Source of the DNA: Isurus oxyrinchus
Lineage: Eukaryota
Assembly (NCBI GenBank): GCA_026770705.1
Contig: JANJGN010000026.1
Coordinates: forward strand, 35,650,001 to 35,714,000
Direction of reading: 5' to 3'
DNA: 64,000 nucleotides
Shown: positions 11,171-24,984 of the stretch, piece after piece
Numbering within the stretch: position 1 is the first letter of the stretch
Layout: each line of letters starts with the position of its first letter
Position numbers and translations under genes: made by a program
Notes under the pieces: generated by a model
Told to the model about the DNA's origin: nothing
What the model saw: the letters and a program-made list of their open reading frames with translations, nothing else
Database searches by the model: none

Positions 11171-12332
11171 TAGCACAAATATGGTTTAAAAATGATCATA
11201 ACTGAAAATATTGAGATTAATGCTGCCATGTTCCCCATTTCCTAACAGGTAGAAATATTTGCTCAAGTTTACAAACCGCCGGAGGAATTCGCTTGAACGT
11301 GTATATTTCACCGTGGATTTTTTTCTGATTGGTATAACTGCCATCCTGCGGTTTTTGTTTACCCGCTCAAAAATTAAACTAGGTCATCAAAACCCTGTTG
11401 TCTCAGATATAGGTAAAGGGAAGGTGGAGTAGAACAGATTAATGAGACAAATTGTCGGAAAGGGGAAGGCGATCTGCTTTCGATACAGTCCAATGTTCTT
11501 AGTGTGGGAGTAGCGAGCCTTTTGAGGGGTTGCGCTCAATAACTGTTCGTGGATTGGTGCACAGAATATCCCATTTGCTTACGCAACGCCGCAAGGGCCG
11601 ATCCTGAGGCCGGGTCGAGTTATTGACACCATTTTTATTAATGTTGGGTGAAAAACAGAAAAAGTTGTGGACTGGCCCACAAGTTGCTATAATTAATTTA
11701 CTATTTCCATCAACAATTACAGAAAGCAAAGGACGATCCAGTCCATCCAGACTGCCCTACAGTAGAAATTAAGTAAATTAGAATTGCAGTCACTATGGTA
11801 ATGTAGGAAATAGTCAAATTATGCACAGCAAGCTCCTACAAAGAGCAATGTGATCACTTGTTTCATTGATATTGTTTGAGGTTTAAATGCACGGGAGAAC
11901 TGACCAGCTCTTTTGTGCAACAAGCGGCAGAGTTTTGAAGGTCCTCCTCGGGGAGGGAGTTGGTGGGGGTTGTGGGGGGGGGGGGGGGGGGGGGGGGGTG
12001 GGGAGGGGGGGGGGGGGTGGCGGTGGGGTGGGAGGGCGGTTGGTTGTGGAGAGGCGGAGTTTCCATTTAATAGCTCATCTGAAAAATGGCACCACGGACA
12101 TTGCAGCTCTCCCTTTATACTGGCAGTAGAAGTGTCAGCCTGAGTTAAGTGCTCACGCTTCTAGAGTGGGGCCTGAACACTTACATTTCTGATATACAAG
12201 TAGGGTTGTGAGATGGAACAGTTAAACTGAGTCATGGATAGCACTTACCCACAAAGGCCGGGTTTCTTTGAACTGGCAGTTCTACATCACTGGGGTTTTT
12301 GTATAGCCACAGATGAGTTTTAAACCTGTGTG

Positions 12333-12785
12333 TTCCTCAGCGCGCAGAAATATACGGCGGTCTCCTGGATTTCTGCTCGAGTGATCGTTAGAGGAAATGA
12401 CTTTCCTTCGTTAGTCTGACCTGCCTCGAATTTCTCTTTGGTAAAATCTGCATCTTTTTTAATGCTTCTATCTCGATACAAAATAAAATGCGGAGCCTGG
12501 TTCGTGTGCTGTCTGCACAAGTACAGGCTGGGATTACCGTGATTTGTTGTGTAGCTACAGTCTATTTTCTTGCTGTCTCCTTCAGTAACACGCAGTGTGG
12601 TCTGAGGTTGGGACACAGAATCTGTCTGAATCACACCTGAAATAAAACGTAAGCAAAAGCTGAATGCAATACTGAGTTTAAAAGTCTATTAACATCACAT
12701 AACTGCAAACAGATAAAATGATCTGGCTGCACCCACCGAACATCAGCCACAATAAAATCAGATGAGGATGCGGCATAAGCCTCAT
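12333..12785 (-). CDS. TCR V segment, open reading frame but Trp41 replaced (leader 12785-12737, V exon 12636-12333)
   Basis: Leader MRLMPHPHLILLWLMF-G|GT. V exon DSVSQP..IDC..SLYLCRQ (for WYRQ)..TAVYFCALR. RSS CACACAG (12326-12332) + 23 bp + ACAAAAACC (12294-12302). Confidence 0.8.
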
Positions 12786-14113
12786 TATATCCTCAGCAAC
12801 AATCTCTTCAAATAGCAGATATATTTACTATTGCAATCTGTTACATTACGAAACAGTTCTGCAGAGAGCTTTAACGGAAGGGGAGTAGGGGGGTGGAGGC
12901 TGGTGGAAGTACCTTTTGTAATTCTTTTCCAATAAGAAGTAGCGAATGAGTTGACTCGGTAACCGCATTTTGACACGAGTGCTGACTGGCCAAATATAAT
13001 TTCTCTACTTCCTCCTACACCGTCTAATGGCATCACTCAGAATATCACTCAGTAGGTGGAAGGAGGAGGGGACAACGTTTGGCTGCTGGGGGGAACTACG
13101 CTGGATGGGGTTTGTGTTTGGCAATTCGCCCCTCCCTCCCCTCCTCAGACTTCTTGGTCAGAAAAGAAAATAATGAGGTCATTTAAAGAACAATTGTACA
13201 TTCGTCATGTTGCAGGAGGGAAATAGCGAACCAGAGAAAATAGGAGAGGGAATAACAGGACTGAAAAAGACGGAAGAGTCACAAATAATGAAGGCAAGGG
13301 TGAATAAGAGACACTGAGGAAGAAATCACACGATGATTGTCATAAGGGAACAGCTGCTTTTCCCAGTGTTGTACTAGCCATTGCCCAGTTATGGGCGATG
13401 GTGGCAAGATCGGCATTTATTGCCCATCCCTCGCTTCACATAAGAATGTTATGATGAGCCTTCTCCTCCAACCGCCAGAGTGTGTATGGTGAAAGTGCTC
13501 CACAGTACAGTTTTTACCGGAATGAGAATTGACAGTGGTTTGTAGGATTAATTGATAACACAGTACATAAAGAGGTCATTTTGTTAAGCTTGAAGCCTGC
13601 AGGAGTTATCCAATAAACCCCAGGCTATTTTCCTTTTCCGTAGACCTGCATGTTTCATTTTGAAACATTTATTGAATTGCTTAATATTGTACCTGCTACC
13701 ATCATTCTTTCAGGAAGGCTTTCAAGATCACAATAACTCGCCTTGAAACAACTCATAAATCCTCACACACACCCTTTATCCCCGCCCTCCCCGGAATGAT
13801 TAACTTTAATCGATATCATCTGATTATCATCCCTCCTGTCAGAAGAAATGATTTCCTCTCATGTACTTTATAAGAAAATTTTCATAGCTTTGGTCACCTC
13901 AATTAAAATTCCCCTTAGTTTCTCTGTTCCAAGGGGAAAAAAGGTTTCTCGATTCACTACAGCTAAATGATATCCGTACTCCTTGACACCATTGTGTTAG
14001 AACGTGAAAAAATGTGTTTTTCATCATTTTCTCAATGAGAAATTTTATTTTTGAAGAGTCGCTCCGTGGCAGATGCCTTTGCTTATCTCTCCAGCTTTTC
14101 TATGGTATAACGA

Positions 14114-14640
14114 TGTTTTTGTACGGAGTAGAGTGGCTTTGTCACACTGTGATCCTCAATCCGCAGGAATAGATGGCGCTGTCTTTAGGCTCCGCTATAG
14201 AAATTGGCAAACGAAAAACTTGATAATGACGGAAATGACGAGCATCGAATTTTCCGTTCGCAAACTCGGCATCCCTGCGCCTGGTTTTATCATGGTACAA
14301 CAGAAAAAGGGATGCCTGGTTCGGGTGCAGCCGGTACCAGTAGCAACCTGGATCCATCAGAACTGGAGTTGCACTCACAGTTCAATTGCGGATTATCTTC
14401 CTCATGTAACTTCAACTCATGTTATCTCTGCACTACCGAACTCCCTCGGGTTTTACCTGTAAAATAATATAGAAAACAGTGGTTAACACACTTAGTGATT
14501 ACGAGCATTCCAGTCCACAATTGCGGTATAACTATTATAAGGGGCGTTTGGATAATTTACACCAGAGAAAGGAAATCATTTTAATACTTACAGATTAAAA
14601 GGGGAAGAATGATAAGTCACATCAAAACAGGGTTCACATG
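14114..14640 (-). pseudogene. TCR V pseudogene with near-consensus RSS
   Basis: V exon from 14456 has a TAA in FR1 and a frameshift before YWYRLH, and ends DSAIYSCGLR. CACAGTG + 22 bp + ACAAAAACA. Damaged leader ends at 14592. Confidence 0.9.
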
Positions 14641-14889
14641 TTCCTGTATACCTGTTAAAAAGGAGATCTGGAACAGCTCAACAGGCGTCAGCTCTAAAGT
14701 CCTGGCAAAATATTCCTGACTCTAATGTTAAAGTCTTGCCGAGCACGTGCTTAATCAAGGTTTGCTTCCTTGGCACACGATCACCTCAATGACATCCGGA
14801 AAGTTGCTCAGTTACAAACAGCAGAAATTACCAGGTGATAGACGTAAGCAAGAAACAAACGCAGTTAGCGCCAGTCCGGTTGGGACAGC

Positions 14890-16700
14890 AAAGATCACTA
14901 GTGTGCATGCTTACGTCATACTAGTGGAACACTAGGTGCCACAAAACCCACTGTAATATAAATAGACACATAATCAGGAGTATTATAAATAAATGTTTAG
15001 TGTCGTACTGCAATAACTGAGGCAGACATTGTGTAATATAAATGAAAGCAATGTTTCAAATATTTTAAACAGAGACATATTCTAAGTAAGTGCTAACTCA
15101 GTGCATTGTGAGATAAGCATGGTATACCGGAGTGAAAACTGAAAAAGCATCTAGTGTAAATTAAACGAAGACACGATTTAGTGCTGATATAACTGCACAA
15201 CCAGTGGTGAAGTTCAAACACTGACCGACCCTGGTCTAACATAAAGAAACAGTGTCTTCAGTGCAGTACTCACTGATACAAGGTCCAGTGTAAAATGAAG
15301 ATAGAAATGGTCTACCGCCGTAAACAATGTTAAAGGATACACGTCTATTTTAATGTAAACAATGGCATTGGCTTGTGCTGTGAAAACTGAGATAGGGTCT
15401 TGCGCAATATAAGCAACCACATGGTTTGAAGCAGAGCATAGAAAAAGCGCTACGCGTAAGAGAACGACTCACATAGTTCAGTGCTAACAAAGAAAGGTCA
15501 TCTAATGCAATAATTGCTTAAGCACAGTCCAGCTTAATACAAATAGCGACATGCTCTACTGTCGTAAAAACAGGCAAGGCCGAATCTTTTATAAGTTGAA
15601 ACACACATTCTAGTGCATTAATATCTATGGCACAGTTTTGTGTAATACGAACAGAGATCATATTCTTACACCAATAACTGAGATAGGATAAGTGTAACTT
15701 AAACAGTTCAACAATGTAATGTAATATGTAGAACAGCGTCTACTGCAATATAAACGTGGCTGGAAGCTTGTGTAATATGAACAAGGACAGAGTCTAGAGG
15801 CAGGTCCTCAATTATTGTAAACAGTGACTTTATCCAATCTAATAATGAAGAATACCCAGAGAAACATACGAAGTGTCATGCTATTGCTTAATATAAACAG
15901 GAACAGGGTCTACTGGCATTTTAACCGAGACATGGCCGACTGCACGATTAACTGAATCATCCCCCAGTGGAATATAGCTGAAGCATAATTTAATTCATTA
16001 ATGTCTAAGACCTGGCCGACTGTAATGTCAGAAGGGATATGTTGGACGGCAATAATAAACTGACGCCGGTTCCGCCCGAAAGCAAACAGACACATGGTCG
16101 AGCGGAGTAACAATTAAGAGATGGCCTGACACAAGTTACAGAGTAGAAGGAGCTGAGATAGACATGGGTGCAAAGATGCAAGAGACAAGTCCAACATAGA
16201 ATAACATGTGATCTCGTGCAGCAACAACGGAACTGTACTGAGACCGAGTCTGTAGGAGATAGAACAATGGCATGGTGTTCTGGGATATTATGTCAAAACA
16301 TGATATAGTGTGACATGAAATCAGATAAATGTCCGCGGTAATATGGACAGAGAGAGAATCTAGTATAATCAAAACTGAGATAAGGCCTGGAATAATTTGC
16401 AAATGGACACTTCACAGTTTACGACAAATACAGGATGCAAATTAACAGAACTATAGCCTAGTGCAGTATTAAATAAAGCAGGACCTAGTGTGATACGAGC
16501 AGGGGGCGATTCTCATGCTGTAGTAAAATACCACTTAGTGTAATATAAACAGAAAAATGATCTGGTTTAAAGTGATCAGAGGCATGGTCTAGTGAATTAA
16601 AAACTGAGAGAGGACACCCTTTAAAAACAGTGGCGTCGTCTAATACATTTTTAACATAGCCTGCTGAAATACAAATGAAGGAATGGTCCTACGGCCATCG
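14890..16700. repeat. Degenerate AT-rich tandem repeat (~27-bp unit)
   Basis: Recurring TCTAGTGTAATATAAACAGAGAC-like units; also at ~18680-18830, 22960-23480, 32170-32590 and, in reverse, 58880-59270. Confidence 0.6.
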
Positions 16701-17207
16701 GGTGGACGCTGAATGCAATGACCCTAGTTCGCCGATGTCACAATGTTAATGGAAATGATAGCTCTCAGGAGGACTCTAGGATTCTGTAAAGGAATACAAA
16801 CCGGTTAAAAGTGTGGAAGCAGCACAGAAGACGGACGAAGCGTGAAATTCTGCACTTGGTAGTGGTGCTGAGATGACGGGGGGGACAGGGAATTAGCTAT
16901 AGATCACGGAAAGTTAAAATTCTGGCACAGTATGCGGTTAGGAAATCAAATGGTATGTTAGCCATTTTTGAAATGGATTAGAGTAAAAGAGTTTAGAAGT
17001 CTTACAGCAATTGTATAAGGTCTTGGTGAGATTACCTCGGGTACAGTGTACAGTTTTGGTCTTCAAACCTAAGGAAGGATGTATTTGCCTTAGAGAGGAT
17101 GTGACAAAGATTGACCACATTAATTCCTGGGATGAGGTGCTTGTCTCATGATGAGAGGTTAAGTCGGCTTTGCACACATTTCACTGAACTTTTTAATTTT
17201 TTTTTAA

Positions 17208-18345
17208 AGGATGTGGGCTTCGTTGACTGGGCCAGCATTTTTTGCCCATCCCTAATTGCCCTTGAGAAGGGGTTCGTGAGCTGCCTTGCGGAATTGCTGA
17301 AGTCCCTGTGGTGCAGGTACACCCAGAGTACAATTACAGATGGGGTTCCAGGATTTTGACCCAGCGACAGTGAAAGACCGGTGATATTTTCCCAAGTTAG
17401 AATGCTGGGTGTCTTGGATGGGATGATTCCTAATGGTGTCAATCCTTTGTGTCTGCTGTGTTGCCCTTCTTGCTAGTCGTGGTCCTGAGTTTGGAAGTTG
17501 CTGTCTAAGGAGCCTTGGTGAATTCCTGCAGTGCAGCTTGTTGATGTGCGTCGGTGGTGGAGGGAGTGAATGTTTGTTGATGGGGTGTCAGACAAGTGGG
17601 TTGTTTGATCAGGGGCTGCATCAAGCTCCTTGATTGCGGTGCTCATCCAAACAAATGGAGATTATTCCAAAACACCCGTGACTTGTGCCTTGTGGATAGT
17701 GGACAGGCTTTAGTGAGTCAGGGGGTGAATTACTTGACGTACGACTCCTAGCTTCTGGCCTGCTCTTGCAGGCATAGTATTCATGTGGCTGGTCCAGTTC
17801 AGTTTCTGGTCAATGATAACCCAGGATGTTGATATGTGGGGATTCTGAGATGGCAATGCCTTTGCACGGCAAGAGGCCATGGTCAGATTCTTTCTTGTTG
17901 GAGATGTTCATTGCCTGGTACCTGTGTGGCGTGAATGTTACTTACCACTTATCAGCCCAAGTCTGGACATTGGCTAGGTCTTGCTGCATTTGGACATGGA
18001 CTGCCTCAGTACCTGAGGAGTCGTGAATGGTGCTGAACATTGTGTAATCATCAGTGGACCTCATCACTTCTAACCTTCTCATCTAAGTAAGGTCATTGAT
18101 GAAGCAGCTGAAGATGGTGGGGCTGAGGGCACGACCCTGAGGAACTCCTGCAGTGATGTCCCAGAACTGAGATGATTGGCTTTTAACAGCCCCAACGATC
18201 TTCTTTTGTGCTGTGTATGACTCCAACCAGCGGAGAGCTTTCTCCCAAATACCTGTTGATTCCAATTTTGCCAGGGCCCCTTGACGCCACATTCAGTCAA
18301 ATGCTGCCTTCATGTCAAGGGCAGTCGCTTTCAACTGTCCTCTGA
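17208..18345 (-). mobile_element. LINE (family B) RT and 3' fragment nested in a CR1 remnant (16760-17180 and 18345-18610, plus)
   Basis: Minus ORF WRQGALAKL..ITAGVPQGRALSPTIFSCFINDL is an RT motif; flanking CR1 3' sequence continues across the insertion. Confidence 0.75.
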
Positions 18346-19324
18346 TAATAATGAGAGGGGATCTCACATATAATTTTTAAGGAGCTGCGAGGATGTCGGC
18401 TTCACCGGGGAATCTAGTACCAAGGCTCACAATCTCAGCATACAGGGTTGACAATTTGGGACTGAGGTTTCTGTACCCATTGAACCGTGGGGTTTCTGGT
18501 GACAAAAAGAATTAAAGAATATGGGGATATTCCTGTAACGTGGAACTGAGGGAGAACATGAACCATAAATTTACTGCTTGGTGGTGAGGACTCGAATGGT
18601 TGATTGCCTAATATATTCCTATATCGTATATTTTTGTGTAGAACTGTCTCATTATTTTTACATTAATAGAAAAACGTGGCTGAGTGCAATCATTCGTGTT
18701 CCAGTGTCTAGTGTAATATAAACAAAAATATGATTTGGTACAGTGCAACTGAGATAAGTTTGAGCGGACTAAGGACAACGACATGCTCTTGTACAGTAAT
18801 GACAGAGATAGGTCCTTGTGCACTATGAGCAGTAGCTCCGTTCGGCTGCCAGTACGTGTCTACAGATTTCAAATGCGCCACTACAGCACTGCCTCATTAT
18901 TTCTACAGCACATTTTTATTTTCAGCACTAGTTGAAAATTTGACATTGTAATTAATGTACAAATGCTGTGCAAGTCATTGATTAGCAGGTCAACAGACAC
19001 TGACCTACCACCCCATCACGTTCCGCAGGAGGTAAAATGGGTTTTAAGTGCACTACTTGAAGATGAGCTTCATGCACAGAAACATCAACGACAGAGGAAA
19101 GTGTCTCAGACCCCAACAATGTATCTTTGGTTATTTAAGGTCAAGAGGGGGATATTGACCAATATATTGTGTAGGACCATGCGAGCTTTAAGTCCTACCA
19201 GAACAGCCAAGGGTCATGATCTCTCCAAAAAGATAGCACCTTTTCAATAACCCGATTAGAATTCTGGTAGTTATGCTCAGGTTCTGAATTTGAGGTGGAA
19301 TCCACAATGAGATGACTCTCAAAT

Positions 19325-21625
19325 CAGCACAATCAGAAAGGAATAATTGGCAATCTACTTGTGCGAGGCTCCTTGGGGGTGAGCGACCATAATATGATAG
19401 AATTCTTCATCAAGATGAAGAGTGACGTAGTTGATTCTGAGACAAGGGCCCTGAATCTTAATAAAGGAAACTACGATGGTTTGAGGTGCGAGTTGGCTAT
19501 GATGGATTGAGAAACAATACTTAAAGGGACAAAGGTGGATAGGCATTGGCAAACGTTCAAACAGCGCATGGGTGAACTGAAACAATTGTTTATTCCTGTC
19601 TGGCACATAAGTAAAATATGAAAGGTGGCCAAACCATGGCTTACAGGGGAACTTAGAGTTTATGTTAGATCCAAGGAAGAGTCATACATATTGGCCAGAA
19701 AAAACAACAGGCTTGAGGTTTGGAAGCACTCTAGAATTCAGCAAAGGAGGACCAAGCAATTGATTAAGAAGGGGAAAATAGAGCCAGAAAGTAAGCTTGC
19801 GGGGAACATAAAAACTGACTGTAAAAGTTGCTCTAGGTATGTGAAGAGAAAAAGATTGGTGAAGACAAATGTAGGCCCCTTATAGTAAGAAACAGGGGAA
19901 TTTATAATGGGGAACAAACAAATGGCCGACCAACTAAGTACATACTTTGCCTTCAAAATGGAGGACAAAAATAACAAGGAATGTTGTGGAACACATGGTT
20001 TAGTGAAAGCGAGGAACTGAAAGAAATCAGTATTAGTGGGGAGTTGGTGTTGTGGAAATTGATGGGATTGAAGGCCGATAAACCACCAGGGCCTGATAAT
20101 CTATATCCCAGAGTGCTTAAGAAAGTGGCCCAAATATTATGGATGCATTGGTGGTCATCTTCCGAGATTCTATATACTCTGGACCAGTTCCTGCAGATTG
20201 GAGGTTAGTTAATGTAACCCCGCCATTCCAAAAGGGAAGTAGAGAGAAAAGCAGGAATTATAAACCAGTCAGCCTGACGTCCGTAATGGGGAAAATTCAA
20301 AAGTCTATTAGAAAAATTTAATAGCTGAGCACTTGGAAAACAGTGACAGATTCGGACAGAGTCAGCATGGATTTACGAATGGGAAATCATGCTTGACAGA
20401 TCTACTGGAAGTTTTCGAGAATGTAACGAGTAGAGTTGATGAGGGGGCCCAGTGGATTTGGATTTTCAGAAGGCTTCGACAAAGTCCCACATAAGGGATT
20501 AGCTTGTAAAATTAAAGCACATGGGATTGGGAGTAGTGTTTTGAGATGGATAGAAAACTGTTTGGCAGACAGGAAACAAAGAGTTGGAATAAATGGGCCT
20601 TTTTCTGAATGGCAGCAGTGATTAGTGGGGTACTGCAGCGATCGGTATATATTAATGATTTAGATGAAGGAGCTAAATGTAATTTCTCCAAATTTGTCGA
20701 TGACACAAAGTTGGGTGGGAGGGTGTGCTTTGCAGAGAATGCAGAGATGCTTCAGTAAGATTTGGAAAAGTTGAGTGAATAGGCAAATGCATGGCAGACG
20801 CAATATAATGTGCAAAAATGTGACGTAATTCACTTTGGTAGCAAAAACAATAAGGCAGGTTATTATCCGAATGGCTATACATTGGAAGGGGAATGTGTAA
20901 CGAGACCTGGATGTCCTCGTGCATCAGTCATTGAAGATAAGCATGCAAGTACACCAGGCGGTAAAGAAGGCAAATGGTAAGTTGGCCTTCATAGCGACAG
21001 GATTCGAGTACAGGAGCAGGATGTCTTGCTGCAATTATACAGGGCCTTGGTGAGACCACCTTTGGAATATTGTCTGCAGTTTTGGTCTCCTTTCTGACGA
21101 AGGGTATTCTTGCTATAGAGGGAGTACAGCGATGTTTACTCAGACTGATTCCTGGGATGTCGGGACTGACATATGAGGAGAGATTGAGTCGGTTAGGATT
21201 ACATTCGCTGAAGTTCAGAAGAATGGGGGGGGGCGGATCTCATAGAAACATATAGAATTCTAACAGGACTAGACAGGTTAGATGCAGGAAGGATGTTCCC
21301 GATGGTGGAGAAGTCTAGAACCAGGGGTCACAGTCTGTGGATACGGGGTAGACCATTTAGGTCTGATATGAGGAGAAATTTCTTCACCCAGAGAGTAGTG
21401 AGCCTGTGAAATTTGCTACCAAAGACAGTAGTTGAGGCCAAAACATTGTATGTTCTCAATAAGGAGTTAGATATAGCTTTTGGGGCGAAAGGGCTCAAAT
21501 GATATGGGGAGGAAGCTGGAGCAGACTATTGAGTTCAATGATCAGCCATGATCATATTGAATGATGGAGCAGGCTCGAAGGGCCGAATGGCCTACTCCTG
21601 CTCCTAGTTTCTATGTTTCAATGTA
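19325..21625 (+). mobile_element. CR1-type LINE, 5'-truncated and decayed ORF2
   Basis: Fragments KPPGPDNLYPRVLK, PADWRLVNVTP..NYKPVSLTS, FDKVPH, FVDDTK; 3' end GGCCGAATGGCCTACTCCTGCTCC. Confidence 0.92.
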
Positions 21626-22429
21626 AGTCATTTTCGCTACTAAAGAGCTGAAAGGCTTGAGGTCATATCTTATATTTACAAATATACCATTTCATTCGCT
21701 GACACGGTTTCTGTTAAGCGTCCCTATGCTAATATCACATAAAGCAGCCTGAAGAATATAATTGCTAACCTTAATTCATCCAATTTCAAGTTATGGGCTC
21801 ATCAAGCCGAAAGGAAAGATGGAGCCCACCCACCCCATCAAAACTGTGCCCGTTCCCTGGAAAAAATTCTTATAATTAGATTTACTCTTCTTCTCTTTCT
21901 CCAAACCCCTGCACCTCTTCCATCTGCAAGCATCTGTACAGTTTCCTTTTTAAAGTCCCAAATGAATATAGTTCCATTACCCTAAAGGAAATAAAGCCCA
22001 GCTCACAACAATTCACTGCATAAAAAAATGTGACTTTTCCCCTTTATTCCTCTACGAATTGTCTGAACATTGGCTACCGATCCTCCTGCCAGTGGAATTA
22101 GCATCTCACTAACAATTCTGTGAAACAACCTTTCAGAAATTTAGAAACCTCTGGTATAATCCCCCTCTAAGATTCCCTGCCCTAAGGAAGAAATCCCTGT
22201 TTCTCTAATCTCTTTAGATACCCGAGGTATCTCATCTCTGGTTCAATTTGAATAAATATCTTCTGGGCCCGCTCCAAAACTATTGTATACTTCTGAAAGT
22301 GTGGTTTCGAATAAATTTAATACCTGTTTTCCCTTCAGATAAGTTCCAGCGATATATGCTCGTTTACAATTAGTCTAAGCAATAATTTGTGTAATTCCAA
22401 TCTCTGTACCAATACTATTACTTTCGCCG

Positions 22430-22670
22430 ACAGCGCACAGAATGACCTGTACTCAACAAAATTGGTTTCAGTTTTCAATGTCAGTAAGATCACTCTCACC
22501 ACCTGCTGACGAACACCCTCTACTACAAGCCCCGGAGTTTATCTAAAATGATTCAGAATTTGTCAGTGAATTTCACTCAGTGAAGTTTTTCAACGCAAAC
22601 CACGAGAGACTAGAGATGAACAAGAATTAAGTACGGAAGTGCCAATATTACTGTTATGAATTCCGAGAAG
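22430..22670 (+). pseudogene. Possible highly decayed V relic
   Basis: KITLTTC, QAPEFI and QYYC occur in the expected order; no RSS recognised. Confidence 0.3.
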
Positions 22671-24984
22671 TTTTCCGTGAGAAGGTGTGCGGTTACTGAG
22701 CAAGAGACTGGCAGCGAAGAAAGGAACAAAACCATTTCTGCCAGTGGAGTGGGATGAACAGCTGCAGCTCAGTTTCTTGTGGCGGAGGCTCACTTGCGCC
22801 CCTCTTGTGGCGCATTGTAAACGTCTGGAACGAACAAAGAGCGCATCGAAATTTTGCAGATATTTTCAGTGCACAGTTGCAACATGGAGACTATTGTGTC
22901 AAGCGACACTCCCCGTTTACAGGTGTTTTCATTACACCAGACAGACGTTCATGTGATAGAATCAGAGGCATGGCGTACTGAAATATAAACGGAGCCAGGG
23001 CCCAATATAGTAAAAACCAGGAGACAACGTCTGATGTAACATAAACAAAGGCATGTATTTATGCAGCAACATCTGGCACATGGCCAAATGTAATCTAAAT
23101 TATTATATTATAATACAATGCATCGTATTATGAAATACTATATTATAATAGCATTACAAAATCAAGTGTAGCTGCATAGGGAAATTGGTTGTCACTCTAT
23201 TCCTTGCATGGGTAAGGCATTCAAGGCTTGTGGGCTTGAATTCCACCATGGTCAAATTTCGAGGGGACAAATTGAGACAAACACAGCTCTGATTCTGCAG
23301 CAGTAATAACTGCGGCGGTGTTCTGGTCTAATATCACGTGAAATAGATGCAATGCTAGAATAAACTAAATTACGGGCTCTTCTGTAATTTAAACAGGTGT
23401 TTCATCAGTGCAGCAATAACAGAAACCGTGAATCATATTATATAAATGGAGAAATAGCTACATAAACAGTGATAGAGAGTATAGATATAGTTCCAAGCTA
23501 AGATATCCATTTGCTTGACGAATCGAATGACCCGAACTATCAATAATCTATGAAAATACAGTCACCTAAACTTACATTGATTAGACGCACGGCCACCTCC
23601 ATTTGACCTTCAATGGTATGACCTACAGTCAGTTCCCCAAGAACATCCTGAGCACCCGTGTCTACAGCAGCACATCAGAGGTTGAATCCTGATTCCCAAT
23701 CGCAGCTGTGGGGTGTGAAGCCCATAGGATGCACTGCAGCAGCACACAAAGCCTTTATTTTATTAATTTATGGGCTTTGCTGGCTGGGGAAGCAATCATT
23801 GCCCATCCCAACTTGCCTTTTAGAAGGTGGGGGGAGCTGCCTTCTTTAACCGCTGCAGTCCATGTGGTGTAGGTACGCCCACAGTGCTGTAAGGAAAGGA
23901 GTGCCAGGATTTTGACCCAGTAATTGAAGGACTAGTGGATATATTTCCAAGTTCGGATGGTGAGTGACTTGGAGGGGAACTTCCAGGTGGTGGTGTTACG
24001 TTCTATCTGTCTGCCCTTGTCCTTCTAGGTGGTAGCGATCGTGGATTTGGAAGGTAATGTCGTGTACCCTTGGAGAGTTTCTGCAGTGCACCTTGTAGAT
24101 GGTACAGACTGCTGCTACTCTGCATCGGTGGTAAGTACCCCCCAAACACATGATCTCAATCACTTGGAAGGGCAACGGGAACATGGTAAGAACCATCACA
24201 TCCACTTTCCCCTCCAAGTCAAACATCATTCCAACTTATATATATCGCCGGTCCTTCATCGATCCTGGCTCTTAATTTTGTAAATCCTAGCTGACAGCAT
24301 TGTGTGTTCAACTTCAGCAGAGGAGCTGCTGTGGTTCAAGAAGGTTGTTCCCTGGTGGGAAGTAGAAACGTGTGTTACATACGGGCCTTCATAGCGCTTT
24401 CCACATCACCAGAAAAGATGCAAAGCAATGCGAGAAACAGCGGGTACAGAATGACAAATACCAGGCGTTATCTTTCTTGCTTTTGTCAGTTTTTCGTTCA
24501 GTTTTACTGTATATTTGAAATCTTTGGTTTTTGTTCTTTCTCTATTCCAGTTTTTTCTCTCCTCTCCTCCACTTTCCCTCGTGCACTCTCATTCATTAAT
24601 TCTCTTCCTGCTTTTGGAATATGATGAGTTGCCTTACATCGCAAAAATATTACTTTTTTGAGCACGACGACGAGGCAGTGATGGCGGGGCGAATTTTCAA
24701 ACACAAAGCCCGCCCAGCGCCGTGGTCTACACAACCCGGGTCTCTCCTCCTCCTATATGAATTATATTCTGAGTGATGCCGTCAGATGCAGCAGGAGGAC
24801 GAGACAGTTCTCCTGTTCAAACCCAGATAATTGATTTGTTACATTTTGATAACAGCAGAATTGCTTCCTCATCTCCTGCTCTACATATATGCCAACCCGT
24901 TTTTCCACGGTTATTTAACAGATTACAACAGCAAATAAAACTGCTCTTCCAAGGGGCTGTTGTTGCATCATAATAGATCTCAAG

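Noticed and set aside
11863-12143. Pro/Gly-rich ORFs (also 10512, 31583) and His-Thr/Cys-Val ORFs (33235-33507)
   Set aside because: Translations of poly-G and (CA)n tracts.
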